Part shown: piece after piece, positions 24,801-38,317 of the stretch
Numbering within the stretch: the first letter of the stretch is position 1
How the letters are laid out: each line of letters opens with the position of its first letter
Assembly: GCA_002633005.1 (NCBI GenBank)
Contig: NMRA01000198.1
Span: forward strand, 8,045 to 72,044
Source of the DNA: Phoronis australis
Taxonomy: Eukaryota; Animalia; Phoronida
Direction of reading: 5' to 3'
Length of the DNA: 64,000 nucleotides
Translations under genes and position numbers: made by a program
Notes under the pieces: model-generated
Told to the model about the DNA's origin: nothing
Database searches by the model: none
Seen by the model: only the letters and a program-made list of their open reading frames with translations

Positions 24801-27034
24801 TCAGAAGAAATTTTGCTGACTGCCAAGCTATTATCATATCCCGAGAGATGTCGCAAAAATTTAGGAAATGGTGCGTGCGCATGACATGAGCGCACTGTTT
24901 TCAAAACGACAGCATACTTTTCATTGTTAGAAAAGGCGGAGAGTTACATAAGAAAATGACGTTTATTGCATTTTTTTTCACTTAAACGGCTATAACGGGC
25001 AAGGTGAGTGTCGTTTGATTCCCAGATTTTGCATGCACCCCGTCTGGTCTTTAGCTTCATGTTGATAGACGTTTCACGGCGAGGTGACGAGCAGAACTAC
25101 CATAGCTGTGTGTAGTTTCGAGTCTACGGAAGAAATACACACAGTGATACCTAGCTGTATTTTGACGACAGTCTTCATACAACTAGCTGGCTGGTAGGCA
25201 ACACGTAGCCCCTTGGTTGGCCATTTAGGGGCGACAATACTTCCCATCGCTTTCTGTAAGCATTTCATCCCATGTACTTTAAACAAGTGGAAGGCCATAT
25301 CCGGCCACTGATTTTGAGTTTTCACCTCGTCAAAAATACATTCTAAACACAAAACTATAACTTAAAACTGAGCTTACTTTCTTCAGTGATCCTTTCTGCT
25401 TCCACACATATCTTACATGAAGCATATCTACTAGAACTAAGGTGACTTTGGAGAAGAATTCCAAAGCCACTTTTTAGTCACTGTTAACTTTTTCATCGCA
25501 TGTGCGATAGCCACAAGGTATGTCAACTGAGTCATGTGAGTTAGGGCAGTTAGGCAATTGCTAGCGCTGACACTTGCAAAATAGCATGAGAAGGTATCAG
25601 GTGAAATTTGTAAGATTTGTGTCCCTTGGACTTTTTATTCATCAACATGCGTGATTTCCCGTAACTTCCTCAAAATGGCACCCGCTAAGAGAAACTCGAG
25701 CAAACCGCGACAGATTTTCATCGACTTGTTCAAATTATCTTGACTGAATCGTTTTCAGACTAAGGGTATAAGTTGTTTATAACTCCATGTGCATATATGC
25801 ATGCTTCATTTGATTTTATTTCCTGTATTTTGAAATGAGTAACTTTTTGTGGGGATGTACTATCGCCGATGCATGCAGGGCGATGTAATTGCCTAGCTGG
25901 CTGGCTACCAGGCAGTGACCAAACTTAGCAGTATCAGACAAAACTCATCCACTGAATAGTTGAACAGACATAGTTAACTAGACTGGCCGTCATATTTTCG
26001 CAGCCAACAATAACTCTGGTGCTGTTTTACCACTTTAAACCAAGAATCTTTGCTCTACCATTAATGCTTCTATCCTTCCTAGTCTTGCCGATTTCCAAAT
26101 CAAATGCTTTGCAATGGGCAGCGCCATATTGAAAATGACGTCACTAAGGTGGGGATAATTACTGTACGACGGATGAGCTAGGAAGCAAACGCCAGGACGC
26201 AATTTTTCACAAGATAAATATGTATTTCTCAGCTAGCAATTATTACATTAGTGATTGTTATCACATGGTAAACAAATTAAAATTACAAGTAAGGTTTCGG
26301 AACTTCCTATATAATTATAGGCGTAAATTAATCGTTTGCCGCGTAAGTTAACTTTTTCGGCGTAAAGTAATTATTTGTGGCGCAAATCATTAACTTTTAA
26401 ATTAACGGCGTAAATAGATTCTTTGAATACTTTCATGTGGTAAGACTAGGAACCAGGTTCCTATAGGGTTAAGAATGGAATGACCGTGGCTGGTTATGTG
26501 AGCTAGTTGCAGTAGCCATCACTGATCACATAATTTATGAATTAACTTGCCCTCTCTGAAAAACAGCATGGCCGATTATTCTAAATTTTCGAAGTCTGGG
26601 TGAAATTGGCATAGTTCGCAGGTGAAGTTAGTTAATGTGTAATTGTAGCCAACTAAACCATTTTAACCTCTTTCAGGATGCCTCGGACATCTAATTAAGG
26701 AGTGAAGACGCTTTTTTCACGCGCGAGCCAGAATTAAGATATCGGCTAACAAAATGCAGTTCCGAGTGAAGGTGGGATGAGTAAAGCTGAGGCAGCGAAA
26801 AGTTCACAAAAATCGCCTTAAGGGCAACCACATGAAATGTCACAGGAACGGCCAGAACGCCGGGGTGATGTCGCCGGTACACTGAGGAAAATTGTATTGC
26901 AGAAAATGCACGGTAGCAGTGATGGTCGATTGGGCGAGTTTCCCCGTAAAAATCTGGATTTACGCCTGATGGTGAAGGCCTTTTTTAGACAAAAGATAGT
27001 GGTCACAAAGTGAAACAGTTGAAATACAACTTAC

Positions 27035-27085
27035 CTGAGCAGTAATGAATTCACAGTGGAGAAAAAAACCTCGTAAGCAGAACAT
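27035..27085 (-). CDS. Candidate first exon of CISD3 (MFCLRGFFLHCEFITAQ) or a 5'UTR exon
   Basis: ATG at 27085 and strong donor CAG|GTAAGT in phase 0, compatible with the 21855 acceptor. An alternative N-terminal exon near 22850-22918 cannot be excluded. Confidence 0.35.
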
Positions 27086-28055
27086 CAATTAATTTGTGTC
27101 AAAGCAGTGAGTTAGTCGCGAAATCGTCCTAAAGGTTGTTGAAAACCTCGAGAAAATCTTGAACGGTGTACTGCGAGACGCATAGTGTGACTGGTTTGAT
27201 GAAGTCACCAGGATTCTAAATATTATTCTCAAGGCGTTTGAGCAAAAGGATAAAACATTTGGTCATGCTATCTCCCCAATGGTCAAGGTTTCAGACCCAC
27301 AAAGTTTTGTATTTCCCACGGTTTTGTAAGTTTCACAGATGTGAAATCATTTAGCTGCTGTGAAATGTTTTTGTTCATGAATAAAGTTTCTGTTCATATT
27401 TATTCCGTTTTATGACAATGATATGTTCAATATAGGTCATAGGTTTCGCATCAAATCGTGTGTTTTTTTGTTTTTTTGTTTTTTGTTCAACTGCTGCAAT
27501 CTTTAGTTCGAATATTAGTGGCAGTCATGAGAAATGATTTGGTCTGTGCACTGAATTGTCATTCACGTTTCAGTTTTTGAGACAACTCATACTTTGTACT
27601 TCAACATTTGATTTTACAGTGTAGAAATTTAAAAAGATTAAGTGGAACATATACACGCTAATTCCTTATGTCTCAGTGATTCCTTAATTGGTCGAGTTAG
27701 TTAAGAACACAACATATAGCGACGATGTGAATATGAAGTAGATTGAAAATTGTTGAATGTTCTTATAAGAGTTTTATGCCAAATGATCTGCCGTAAATCA
27801 CTCAGTCATGTTCAGTAAGTATCCTGACGTGGTGTTGGGGAATAACACTTCATGATGCGGGCTATGAGAGCACCCAAGGTACGACATTAGTTCAAAGGTC
27901 ACTTTTTTGCAGAATTTCTTGTTTTCATGTTTAAAAGTTGTCAGTTGAATACAACTGCACTTTGTTTAGCGTACATAATGTTTAAATAGCATTTTCATTT
28001 TGAGTTCCTGTTATAATTTAGCATAATTAGGAGTATGCATGTACATCTTTAAAAT

Positions 28056-28143
28056 TACAGTGCCAACTTTCCCCGCTTTGGGCCTTACAGTGCTAACTTT
28101 CCCCGCTATGGATCTTACAGTGTCAACTTTCCCCCCTTTGGAG
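28056..28143. repeat. 30-bp tandem repeat, 3 copies
   Basis: Unit ttacagtgc(c/t)aactttccccgct(t/a)tgg. Confidence 0.9.
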
Positions 28144-30576
28144 ATAAAGTTGGCAGGTTACAAAAACCGTTAGTTCAACCCTAAAAAATCCGAAATCGCG
28201 AACAAAAGCTACCAGTTTCGTTAGTGGAAATAGCTCTTCGGATTTTAAGCCCCGGCACAACTATGTCTTTTTGTTACACAACTAAAAAGTAATTGAGCAA
28301 AAAAGATCGAAATCTGCCACCTTCACCCCATTTTACGGTAGGAATTGTTTACGGCGTGAATTAAAGTTAACTTACATGCGTAACGTTCACCCATTTGACC
28401 AACGATATACTCTTTTGATTACCGTTGGAGTATCGGCCAGTCAAAATAACCATAAAAATCAGTTCTTTAAACTTGGAAAAGTTATGGGAAACTGACCTAA
28501 CAAATTGCATAGAAAATAACAAACAAGAAGCATATAAGGCTATAATTAGGCACAGGCCTTCTGAGGGATCAGTTGTGCTGCTCTGGTTGTGACAGTACGT
28601 AGCATTTTTACGTCAACTATCATTTTACGGCGGCTGCACATGAGAATTTGGTTATATGGCCGGGGTAAACTTCTCAATTTGACAGGGAAAAATTGCGCCC
28701 GGGAGGGATACTGAAGTAAAAAATTGTGTCTATGAGGGGGGGGGGCGGCAAAAGCATGTCCTTACGTTATTCAAGCCAGTGCTATACATGTAAACGAGTT
28801 GCGCTTGTTAACTGTTCAGTGCTGAGGTAAGACGGGTTTGTGACATGGGAGTGGGGATTTTTCGTGTAGGGGTAATGGTGGTTAAAAAACAGCATTCCGG
28901 CAATTTGAGTAGAATATAAATTTTAGTAGGATTATTTTTTCAGCGTTTTCGTCTGTATTGTCAACCAACAGTCTGACAAAAATTAATGAAAATAGCCAGC
29001 ATATAAGTGAGATTATATACGGGTTGCCATGGGATTCGCGCCATTACAAGCTAATTTAGGAGAACGAGCGGCAGGAAAAGGAGATTTATGAAGAGGCCAA
29101 TTATGTCGAGACGAAAATTGGTTGCGACGGGATCAAGTGGGGCTTCAAAAACTTTTGGCTTCGCGGCTCAGTGGTTATGCTAATGAAAATGCAATGGGTA
29201 AAGTTTGTAGTTAACGAGGAACACGGTGGGTCGCTTTGTTTAGTTTAACGCCGGAACAGCACAGTTTTTAAAAGAGTTTTAACGAAGGCCGGGTTTAAAA
29301 CTTTAGTCGGTATCTTACCGGTAATTCCGAAAACACGACTCCCTCAAATAGTCCAAGACATAGACCTATAATACATTCGGATACAGTGTGCGTACATCTG
29401 GGGACAAAATTAAAATGCTCTATAGTTAGCAAGGATTCCCTCATGTCTAACCAAAGAAGACGGTCCAGGCGATGTGTTGAAAGAGACAATTGTAATTCCA
29501 ACCGGTGAAAAGCACTTAGTTGCAGGTTAGGCAACGAGATGAAGCGCCTGACGGAATCGATTTCCCAGAGTCACCCGACGATACAACACGTAGAGTGGTG
29601 GTCAAACAAAGGTTCCTGGAGGTTTTTTGAAACCAGGCCGCTGCGGAGTTCTATTGCAAACTTATGCCTCGCTGCCCTCACACGTCATCCCATACACGTA
29701 GTTTTAACCATCACCCAAGGGTTCGCACTAATTCTCCTGGCATGTTTTTTTCAACATTAATTAGTGACAATCAGAAAGGTACTTGTTCTTGTCAGTTACA
29801 CCCAAATAACAGAAGGGTCCACCCTCGCAATAAAATGTGACATTTGTTAAAGTTTTACCAGGAACTCTGGTTAGATCTTAGATCTCAAATCAATCGTGCA
29901 TTCAATAGAAAATGAGTTATAATTAATGCCAAAGGCAATATGGAGGCCGGCAAATGTTTTGAGAGGAAAACACCTACTGTAATAACCTAATTACAAAATA
30001 CACATGTAACCAAAATTTCAAAGTAAAGTCTGCTTATTGGGCCAGTTTTTCAACAAGTTGCAAAATAACGTCACACTAACTTTACTTAAAATATGTTTAT
30101 TTAACACCATAATGACCATCATGTTTTGACAATAATGTTTTTTTTCCTGCTAAATTACATGTAAACAAAAACTTTAAAATTAATAGCCAAATTGTTCAGA
30201 CAATGGGAATGCTGATTTATATGTAAATCAAGCAATTAAAATTAATATTAATATCTAAAGATCGCAAAAACAGTGTTAAGACAATATGGAATGCTTAAAG
30301 TACTTACATAAGACTGTACTTCTTTCTATGTGTAACAATGCTTGGAGTACAGAGTTTTAAACAACATAAATAGGAAAGATAAAAGTATAAATAAAAGTAT
30401 AGTTCCTGACATGTGGTTGACTTTCCTTTCAAAGCCTTTTGAACAGACTCTTTAGCCACAAAGCTTCATGTTCAGAGTGACATTTCTCTTTTTACACAAA
30501 AATTATGGCAATTGTGCTAAATGACATCCATGCACACACTTGGGGTTTCAGTTCAAAGTTCAAGGTATAACACCAT

Positions 30577-33500
30577 CTATTGTGTGTTGGGAGCATAATT
30601 TTCCACTCTCTCCAACAAGGCATCTGAATATCCTGGTGAATAATATCTGAAAAATAAAAGAAATAGTTAAACAATTAAAATGTTTGGAACTATAGCTAGA
30701 TGAGCAGAATAAATTTCATTGAACACTTTTACTGCCGCTTGAACTTAACTTTTTTCACCGTTCAGTACTTCACTGCCTACAACATGACCAACACTGATAA
30801 TCAGTGCACAACTAAACATTTACAAATAGATCTTCTAAAGCCCCATGCAGTGCCATATTTGAAAACCATTGCTTTTGAGTGGAAATTTTTACATGGCAAG
30901 TTAGAGTTCCACCGTACACTGAATATGGGATCCACTGAATGCACACTTCTGTGGGAAGATTCACCACTGGCACCCAAACTTCTATTCCAATTTCAAACTG
31001 GCTTCATTAGTATGAGACCTTAACCCAGCCAACTGAGATGACAGAACAATACAACCTCTGTCAGTCTTGCTGACTCAATAAATCACTGCTGACCTCAGGT
31101 CAACTGTTCAGCAGTATTACCCAGCTCAACTTGATAACAATTTTTATGAATTTCTTTATCACCTATGTTGGTAACTTCAAGGAATACACCACTGTGTTAT
31201 TTCTAATTTGCTTGTTCACCGTTCTCATGACGTGACCTACTTACTTGACAATTTCTTCCGGGTAACAATTGTTTATTGCGTTGATGTAGTCAGCCAGAGC
31301 TGAGCCAGGCTCTGCTTTGATTTCTTGTATTTTCTTGAGTCCGCCACTAGTGACAAATAACCTGCGTGCCTTGGAGTCGTGCGGTAATACTTTACTGAAC
31401 TGTCCCACCACATGTTTCAATATATTATGTGGAGAGTCATGTAACAAAGGCTCCAATGCTGGAAGGTGAACACATTTCTGTAGGATGTTCTTGAGAGCTT
31501 TCTTTGACTGTAAAAACAAGAGTATATGCATGAAATACCAACAACTCTGAAGTCATTCAAGTTCATTAAAACAATTTTTAAAATCTATTAAAATTTCTCC
31601 TCTTTGTCCCTGCTGGTTTGCCAGAACTGTCTTCAATTTTTAAATCAAGTCATGTCTCCACAAGTTAACCAAGCCACCCCTCAAACATGTAATGATTTAG
31701 AGAATAAACTGCATTACATTTTGAAAAGTCTCCAAAAAGACATCACACATATATTAAAAACTCTTCTTTAATATCATTAATAGTGGGCACACAATAAAAT
31801 GAACCACTCACCTTCGTAACGAGATCTTCCGAAGAGTTGGTTTCCAAGTAAAGTTTTAGTAGTTTGGGCAGAGTGTTTGATACAGCGATGGCTTTAGCAT
31901 GTTCCGGAGTATGTCGTCCTATCTGTCCCAGTGCCCAAGAGATGGCAGCCTTGATGTGATCTTCGTTCTCCTCATTCAGAGCTATTGCTAACTGCACAAC
32001 ACCCTGCAACAAACAGACATTTTATAAACTCCAAATAATGTAATGACAGGTTTTTCTGCTATGAGCACTTATAACCAAAAAACAACCTAGTGGTCAACAG
32101 AGTTAGACTTGGACTTTCATCAAAGAATTCTAATCACAATCCTTTGTTTGTGTGATCTCGCAATTTTAAAGAAACAAGAAAACCATATTCATGCTACATT
32201 GTTTATACAAAAGCATGCTGGACGAAAGAGACGAGGCGCAATTGGAAGTAAATCATTTCTTATAAGATTTACAGGATAAGTATGATTGATGTTATTCTCC
32301 ACCTATACAAGTATTACTAACCTTGGACACAATCACAGCCATGGCCAAGTTCTCAGAGTGTGCCGCCACATAACCCAACATCATGACTCCTGGCAGGCGT
32401 ACATTTCCACGAGAATCTCCCACATAATCCACCACAGCTGCTACACCGCCTGCATTGACAATTAGCTGCGCCAGTTCAGGGGTGTGTTTGGCGATCTCTC
32501 GAATCAGTGTAGCCACATTCTTCTTCACATATTCATCAGCATCCTTGAGACAGGTTAGTACTGCAGGAAAGATCTCTGCCTCGACTACCATCTCAGCAAG
32601 ATCGACAGAATGCTTGGAGATCTGACTGAGGGCTGAGAAGACTTGACGCTGAAACGTGGTAATGAGATGATCTCAGTGTATTCAATGTAACAGGAATTGA
32701 AGCTCTGTCACTCTTATTGACCGAGACATAAATTCATACTTTAGCAGGTGTGAATATTGGCCCACTAGGGCCACCATATAAAGGTCAATATGCACATGCC
32801 ATATTTATGAATACAAGACCAAGAAAAGTACTGAGCTGGTTGACAGTCAAGGTCAAGGTATGGTGGCCTACAGTCCATGTACTAGACAAAGAACATACCT
32901 TGAGTTTAGCATCAGGATTCAGTATCATCTGTGCCAGATGGGCGATGGCGCCAGCATCTACAACAGTCTGGGCTAGTTCAGGTGAGTGCTTACAGATGTC
33001 ACTCAGAGCAGAGGCAGAGATTCTCTTGAGAGAAGTCTCCGGTTCCTGGATACACAGCACCAGTAGGGGCACCGCTCCTGCATCCACCACAGCCTGGGCA
33101 AGTTCTACAAGAAATGTTATGATTAGTCATTCACTGTGAATTATGAAATTAGTCGCACTAAATCATATAGCCTGAGCATTTTGTTAGATGAATAAACATG
33201 ATTGGCCCATAGGTCCTCCTAATCGACACATGGATTTGAGGCAATATGATGGGTCACAAAACTAACTCTCAGTCACGTTTTTTTAAAATGATTCCTGAAT
33301 ATACAGTTATCACTAGGTGTCCTGAGCTGGCGTACCTGCATTGTGCCGTGCTATGTAGCCCAAGGCCCAGGCTGCAGCTTCCTTGACCCCTGGGTCAAAC
33401 TCCTCCAAGCAGATGACGAGGGCATCGAGAGCGCCACAGTCTACAACACTCTGGGCCAGCTGAGGTGAATGTTTTGCAACAGCACGAAGCACAAATGCTG

Positions 33501-36148
33501 CAGCCTTCTTGTAAAATCTCTGTACAAAACAATGAAAGTAAAATAATGTTATAATTTGCACTGGATTTACAATAAGTACACATCATGCTCAAAATTCAAA
33601 TTCCGCACAATAACGATCAAGTCAAAACTCGTTGTGTAAGAAACACTGCCATAATTTTTTTAACATTCTAATGTTTTAATGAACTTAGCTATATTTATGT
33701 CAGTTATATGTTTTGAATAATTCCTTCCCTCGCACTCTCATTACTTACATTCTGCTCGGCCAATGAGTAAACAAGCTGTGGCAAGATGTCACCTTTCACG
33801 ACTGCCTCGGCCAAATCATCATTATAGTTGGCCAACCTTCCCAACGCCAGTGCAGCAGTTTGTTGAATTGTGGGAACAATATCCAGCAGTAGTGGGCGGA
33901 GCAATGACATGACACCAGCATTTTGCAAAGTCTCGATGTTTTGAGGTCGTGAAGCAAGTTCAGCGACAGTCTGCACAAACTGTGTGCGCGACTTCTGGTA
34001 TTGCTCAAACACTGAAATACAAAATTTTCAGGATTATTCGCTAATTGCGGTGAAGTTATGACAAAGCACACACATTCATGATTTAGAGTTTCCTATTTAA
34101 TCAGATAGTGTACAACAAATTTAAACCCTTTGTAGTAATTATAAAGAACAACACTCTTCCTATTGGGCTTCCTGTAGTGATGGTCAATTGCGAAGGTTAC
34201 TTTGCAAGGTAGTTTGACAATGATTTTTGTCATAGGAAAATAAAATGTGCTTTGGTCAAGTGTAGATTTCTCTACATAACTTTAAAACAGTTTACATCCT
34301 CTATGGGTCGCACTAGCAAAGAATTTTAACCAGGTTTGACCCTTGTTACATTAGCAAGGTAGTTATGGTTCCTCTTCACTTCCTAGTTTGATTTACTCTT
34401 TACGAGTTTTACAAAATTAAAATCTAAGTTCAAGAAGCCAAAGCCATCAAACAATGATGTGTACTTGCTGAACGGTATGTTGGGTGAATAGCAAAAATTG
34501 GACAGTTTATTTAGTTTATTTTAGCCAACAATGTTGTTACATGACATCTATTGTTGGTGATCAGTCACTTTCGTATCAGATAATAACATTGAACAATGCA
34601 GTGCAGACAATCCTGAGACCAGTGTACAGAATGGAAATTCATGGATTTGACTTTAAATACACGTGTATATCATATAGAACTGAAAATAAGTAAATTTAAT
34701 TCAACTATATATCTACTCTTAGCTGTCAGGAAAACACAATGTTGGGAGTCGAACCTGGGTACAAACTTTTGAGAGTGGACAAAGCATATAGATTGCCCCT
34801 ACTAGTTTAGTTGGGCCATACCACATAGGTGGTAGGACAGTCTATATTTTTAGAACCAAGAGAGTAAAATGTTAGTCTCTTTGAGTCCTCTTGTGGAATA
34901 TCCCAAAGCCCGTGAAAATTAACACTGTAAAAGCTTTTGCAGAAGTACTACAGATGGTACACGGTGGTACAAATTGAATGAAAAGGCGTGAAGAATGGAA
35001 ACACTCACATTACACATGCTCTCTGAGTTCTGGCGGTTCAGGCGTGCTCTCTATTTACAGTGCACTAGTTTCTGCCTGACATCACAGGCGTCCTTGAAGC
35101 TTCTGATCATCCACAAGGTATGACACTTCGGACTAGAAATTCCATGGGTGCTTCACTTCAGCCATCCATAGCAAACACAAATCTCAATAAATTTCACAAA
35201 ACAGAGGTTCAACAAACTGTGAGGAATTGTTCTTTCTCCCTAGACCATTTACGGCATCCTGCTACACCGAGTTCGCAAGAAATTCACGGTCAAAGCACAG
35301 AAATGTTCCCACAAAGCCCATGCATCGAACCTCCTTGGCCAGTTTGAGGTCAAGGATGGTATGGAATTATCCGATGAGTTACGGATGTATGGCATTATTG
35401 CCGGTTCATCACGGAAAGTTACGAATGGTCTGGGTGGAGTAATCGATGTCGTGACACTCCGTGACAAATCGGCAATTTTGCTGTACCGTCCTTGACCTCG
35501 AATCGTCTTTTTGGGAACATTTTTGTACTTTGACCACGGACACCATGAACGGTATTGGAAAAAAGAACAATTGCTAATGGTTTGTTGAAACATTGTTTTG
35601 TGTAAATTTGTTGAGTTTTGTGTTTGATATGGACGGCTGAAGTAAGCACTCGTGGAATTTCTGGTCGGGAGTGTCATACCTTGTAGTATATTCAGGTGGA
35701 GGATTTAGGGGGGGGGGGGCAAGGAGGCCATGGCCCCCCTACAATTCTACCAGATACCATTTGGGAGTTCGGGTGCGCACAAGCAGGAGCTCGTCAGGGG
35801 TAAATAAACAACACATAGGCCCTGAACAAACTGAACAAACCCCGTTTACCGTTTTTTTTTTTAGTCAAAAGGTCTGCATTCGAGGCCTGGGCGTGCGCAC
35901 CTGCCGAAATTCTGGTTATCCCCGTGCACTGCCCCCCCCCTAACTCACAATCCTGGATCTGCCCCTGGTGTCATATAGTTTATTGGGACGATCAGAAGCT
36001 AAGCCTAAGGACGCCTGTGCCTGACATTTGACAATGACATTGCTAACAAACTAATAAATATGCAGAGCACAGGCACAATTTCACAAAAATCTGAAGCTAT
36101 TGCGAGTACATGTCAAAGCTTACCTTGTAGAACCTGTCTTTGGCTCAT
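30577..36148 (-). CDS. SPAG6: Sperm-associated antigen 6 (PF16 homolog, armadillo-repeat axonemal protein), complete, 509 aa
   Basis: Exons 36148-36124, 34011-33749, 33519-33336, 33104-32899, 32648-32322, 32003-31812, 31507-31245, 30646-30577 total 1530 nt, all GT-AG and in phase. MSQRQVLQVFEQYQKSRTQFVQTVAELASRPQNIE...CYPEEIVKYYSPGYSDALLERVENY. Confidence 0.98.
35083..36019. mobile_element. Foldback-type DNA transposon with 8-bp TSD in SPAG6 intron 1
   Basis: Termini CACAGGCGTCCTT / AAGGACGCCTGTG; exact flanking duplication CCTGACAT (35075-35082, 36020-36027); long inverted arms over ~35113-35684. Confidence 0.85.
35693..35967 (+). mobile_element. CAG(G/T)GGCGGAT-type MITE inserted in the right arm of the foldback element
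   Basis: Ends caggtggaggatttagg / cctggatctgcccctg with G and C homopolymer subterminal tracts; related copy at 39346-39459. Confidence 0.7.
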
Positions 36149-36253
36149 ATTGTAACCTTATAAAATATTTCAATCAATAAAATCCACTAAAAAGTCTTCA
36201 ACTGTAACTCTAACAGTGTGATCGCAAAACTAACTGGTACAAATGTGTGTTAT

Positions 36254-36268
36254 GTCGTCAAGAGTAAC
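36254..36268. promoter_or_regulatory. Candidate RFX X-box upstream of SPAG6
   Basis: GTCGTC-AAG-AGTAAC fits a relaxed GTNRYC-N0-3-RGYAAC consensus ~105 bp upstream of the ATG of a ciliary gene. Confidence 0.3.
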
Positions 36269-36974
36269 AGAACGCAGTGTTTGGATTCCTGAGCGACGAT
36301 TGGACAAATGGTCACAAAGCACCACCTACCGGACAAACTGTTTGGACCATGAAAACGCGCCATGTACTCACTGCAGGCTAATGGTTAAGCACCCCTTACC
36401 ATGCATCTTCAACAGTCAAGCATTACTAATGCTTGCATGCAGTATCAGAAACTTATCGTTAGACGAGGTGTGTTCATGGACTGGATAATTGGTTTCTGAG
36501 CCCATGCTAATTTCATTTTTACGCACATGCCGTTTACAACTGAGGAAAAAGTCATGCATTTTTAAAGATGCGTGGGAATCATTTTCGCGCCGGCTCGTCC
36601 TTCTTTTGAGCGTCTTTTACCGAATCAAAGAGAGCACGGCGACGGAGTCGGACACAGTTGTGATGACCGCATTGTCCGGTGCCAGCAAGACCCAATTAAG
36701 TGTAATTACCCGACCATAAACTGCAGTAAAAATCTCTGCCTGCCGTGCTGCGCCGGGCTGTTTCAACCCGGCGGCAATCATACTCATCTACGAACACCAC
36801 GGCGGTACAAATAGGGTTTTCGATTTTTAAAAATTGATGATCTAATAAGCTAAAAGTTACAAACATTGGGTACGATTGAAGATAAACGACCGTGCGTATT
36901 GATGTAATCGGTGGATTTACGACCCGGCCGCTCAGAGTTAACCAGAGATCTCTCATTCCAATCTGGCCGGGTTT

Positions 36975-37210
36975 AAACCGATTTTTGTGTAGGAAACAGT
37001 TGTGCTTAACTTGTGCCCACTCCTTATTTTTTATGTCGGACAAAAAGCTAGAGTATTTATGTAGTCAGTGCAAACAAAATTGTCCAGTTCCCGGAATCAT
37101 TCAGTTTGGCTATCCCCATATTCGCACTTTTGTATATATTTTATGATTTGAGTTCTAATAAAATTTAAATTTGAACTATTGACACGTGTTGTTTTGTTTG
37201 CTGTGAAATG
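36975..37210 (+). repeat. Dispersed repeat, copy 1 (copy 2 at 42600-42822)
   Basis: Colinear shared blocks aaacagttg..cttaa.ttgtgcccactcct, gtagtcagtgcaa, tatatattttatgatttgagttctaa, ttgaacta.tgacac. Confidence 0.8.
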
Positions 37211-38317
37211 TTTAGAGTAAATGTAATCTGGAATGTTCAGGGATGGGTTCACACATTAACTAAACTAATTATGTTTCGCTTGGTGATCAAAATCCCTACT
37301 TCTGTTTTGGTAATTTAAGTTTAAAAAAATAAAATAAAAGAGATATCAACGCATTCCCGGTAAGGACAAAAAACAAGTAGACAGGAGTATTGGAAATGAA
37401 ATAACGAAAAGCGAAATTATACATTAAAACATTTGTTTCTTTGGAAAGTGGCTCTTTGCCAAGATAAACACAAATTAACTTTTTAGTCCTTTTAATTGTA
37501 ATATTTAAAATATACCAAGTTAAAACTATACTCTCCACAGTTGCAGGCAGGCTGTAGGCTCTGTGCAAAGGCCACAGAAAGCCAATTTGGGTGTCAATAA
37601 CCGTCACACCATATATAGTTCAGGCAGTGTAGTGCTAGCTATATTACATCTCCACTTCATTAAGGAGGGGGTGCTGAATGGGCATCATTAAAGTTGTCTG
37701 GGGCTAAGAGAATATGAGCGGTGACCAGTGTAAGGGAGGGCCACATATGAGGGCCATACCGATCGTTCAAAAGGAAAAATGAATACGCAATGGTAGCAGT
37801 ATATTTAACTTTATTGTGTATTTCAAGAAAACTGGCTACTCGTACAGTTTACTATTATATAGCTTGAGTTCAGCAGAATGTGTATATCAGTTCAGTTAAA
37901 GACATAATAAACTTGAAAAGTCCACTGGTCGGACCATGGAAGAGAACTTAGTCAAAGTTCTGGGGAAAACAATTATTGGATAGCCCCGTTTTTTCTTCCC
38001 TCAATTAAATTGACAATTAGGTCCGTGAGGTGTAAAAAATATTTACATGACTTGAGAATCGCATGGAGTAAGCTGACACAGTAATACTGCACGTTTAGCA
38101 TTTGGCTAAGTGCATGAGTTGTGCCGTACACCTGAGCGTGCTCCGTCGCTGGATCGCGCCTCTGTCGGAGATTTATTTACCTGAGACTGGGAACGAGGCT
38201 GTGTCTCAGGTGAGTCAATGAGTTAAACTTAGCTCATTGGGTAAATGAAATGGCTGAAGACTTGACCTACATGTAGCGGCCCAGACGAAATATCGTATTT
38301 GATGTGTATAATACGTC

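Noticed and set aside
34742-34830. B-box GGTTCGACTCCC on the minus strand suggesting a tRNA gene
   Set aside because: No cloverleaf or properly spaced A box; at most a decayed SINE head.
35120-35677. Pair of similar ORFs on opposite strands
   Set aside because: A consequence of the palindromic foldback element, not genes.
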